Source: Stylophora pistillata
Lineage: Eukaryota
Length of the DNA stretch: 64,000 bases
Direction of reading: 5' to 3'
Assembly (NCBI RefSeq): GCF_002571385.2
Contig: NW_019217870.1
Location: 679,098-743,097, forward strand
Part shown: one piece after another, positions 63,814 to 64,000 of the stretch
Layout of the letters: every line of letters begins with the position of its first letter
How positions within the stretch are numbered: position 1 is the stretch's first letter
Translations under genes and position numbers: made by a program
Notes under the pieces: model-generated
What the model was told of the DNA's origin: nothing
Seen by the model: the letters and a program-made list of their open reading frames with translations, nothing else
Database searches by the model: none

Positions 63814-64000
63814 NNNNNNNNNNNNNNNNNNNNNNNNNNNNNNNNNNNNNNNNNNNNNNNNNNNNNNNNNNNNNNNNNNNNNNNNNNNNNNNNNNNNNNN
63901 NNNNNNNNNNNNNNNNNNNNNNNNNNNNNNNNNNNNNNNNNNNNNNNNNNNNNNNNNNNNNNNNNNNNNNNNNNNNNNNNNNNNNNNNNNNNNGGGGGGA

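Overview
AT-rich, intron-rich animal DNA whose repeat families look like those of a stony coral (inference). It is a draft assembly with N gaps at 15621, 44665, 51645 and 63814. Left: a complete CEP170-family centrosomal gene on the minus strand (21 coding exons, about 1180 aa, 1575-23076) with a ~6.6 kb U12-type AT-AC intron at the end of the FHA domain. Middle and right (25.7-60.7 kb): a cluster of three paralogous type II membrane collagenous receptor genes (A minus, C plus, D minus). Their layout resembles class A scavenger receptors: Tyr-motif cytoplasmic tail, TM, CxC, N-glycosylated coiled coil (absent in A), single-exon Gly-X-Y and a shared 6-Cys head that I cannot assign to SRCR, CTLD, C1q or TNF. 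The most interesting signal is that C and D each appear to have two alternative first exons. Each encodes a different signalling tail plus TM and splices in phase 1 onto one ectodomain. C also has a duplicated, frame-incompatible stalk cassette and an intronic antisense copy of CEP170 exon 2. Right end: last exon of EXOG. Repeats include palindromic elements with minimal hammerhead cores, a head-to-head tRNA-derived element with a 14 bp TSD, Crypton-like fragments, a LINE 3' end and MITEs. The 51-nt-periodic A runs at 60.0-61.4 kb are an assembly artefact. All exon boundaries were read by hand.
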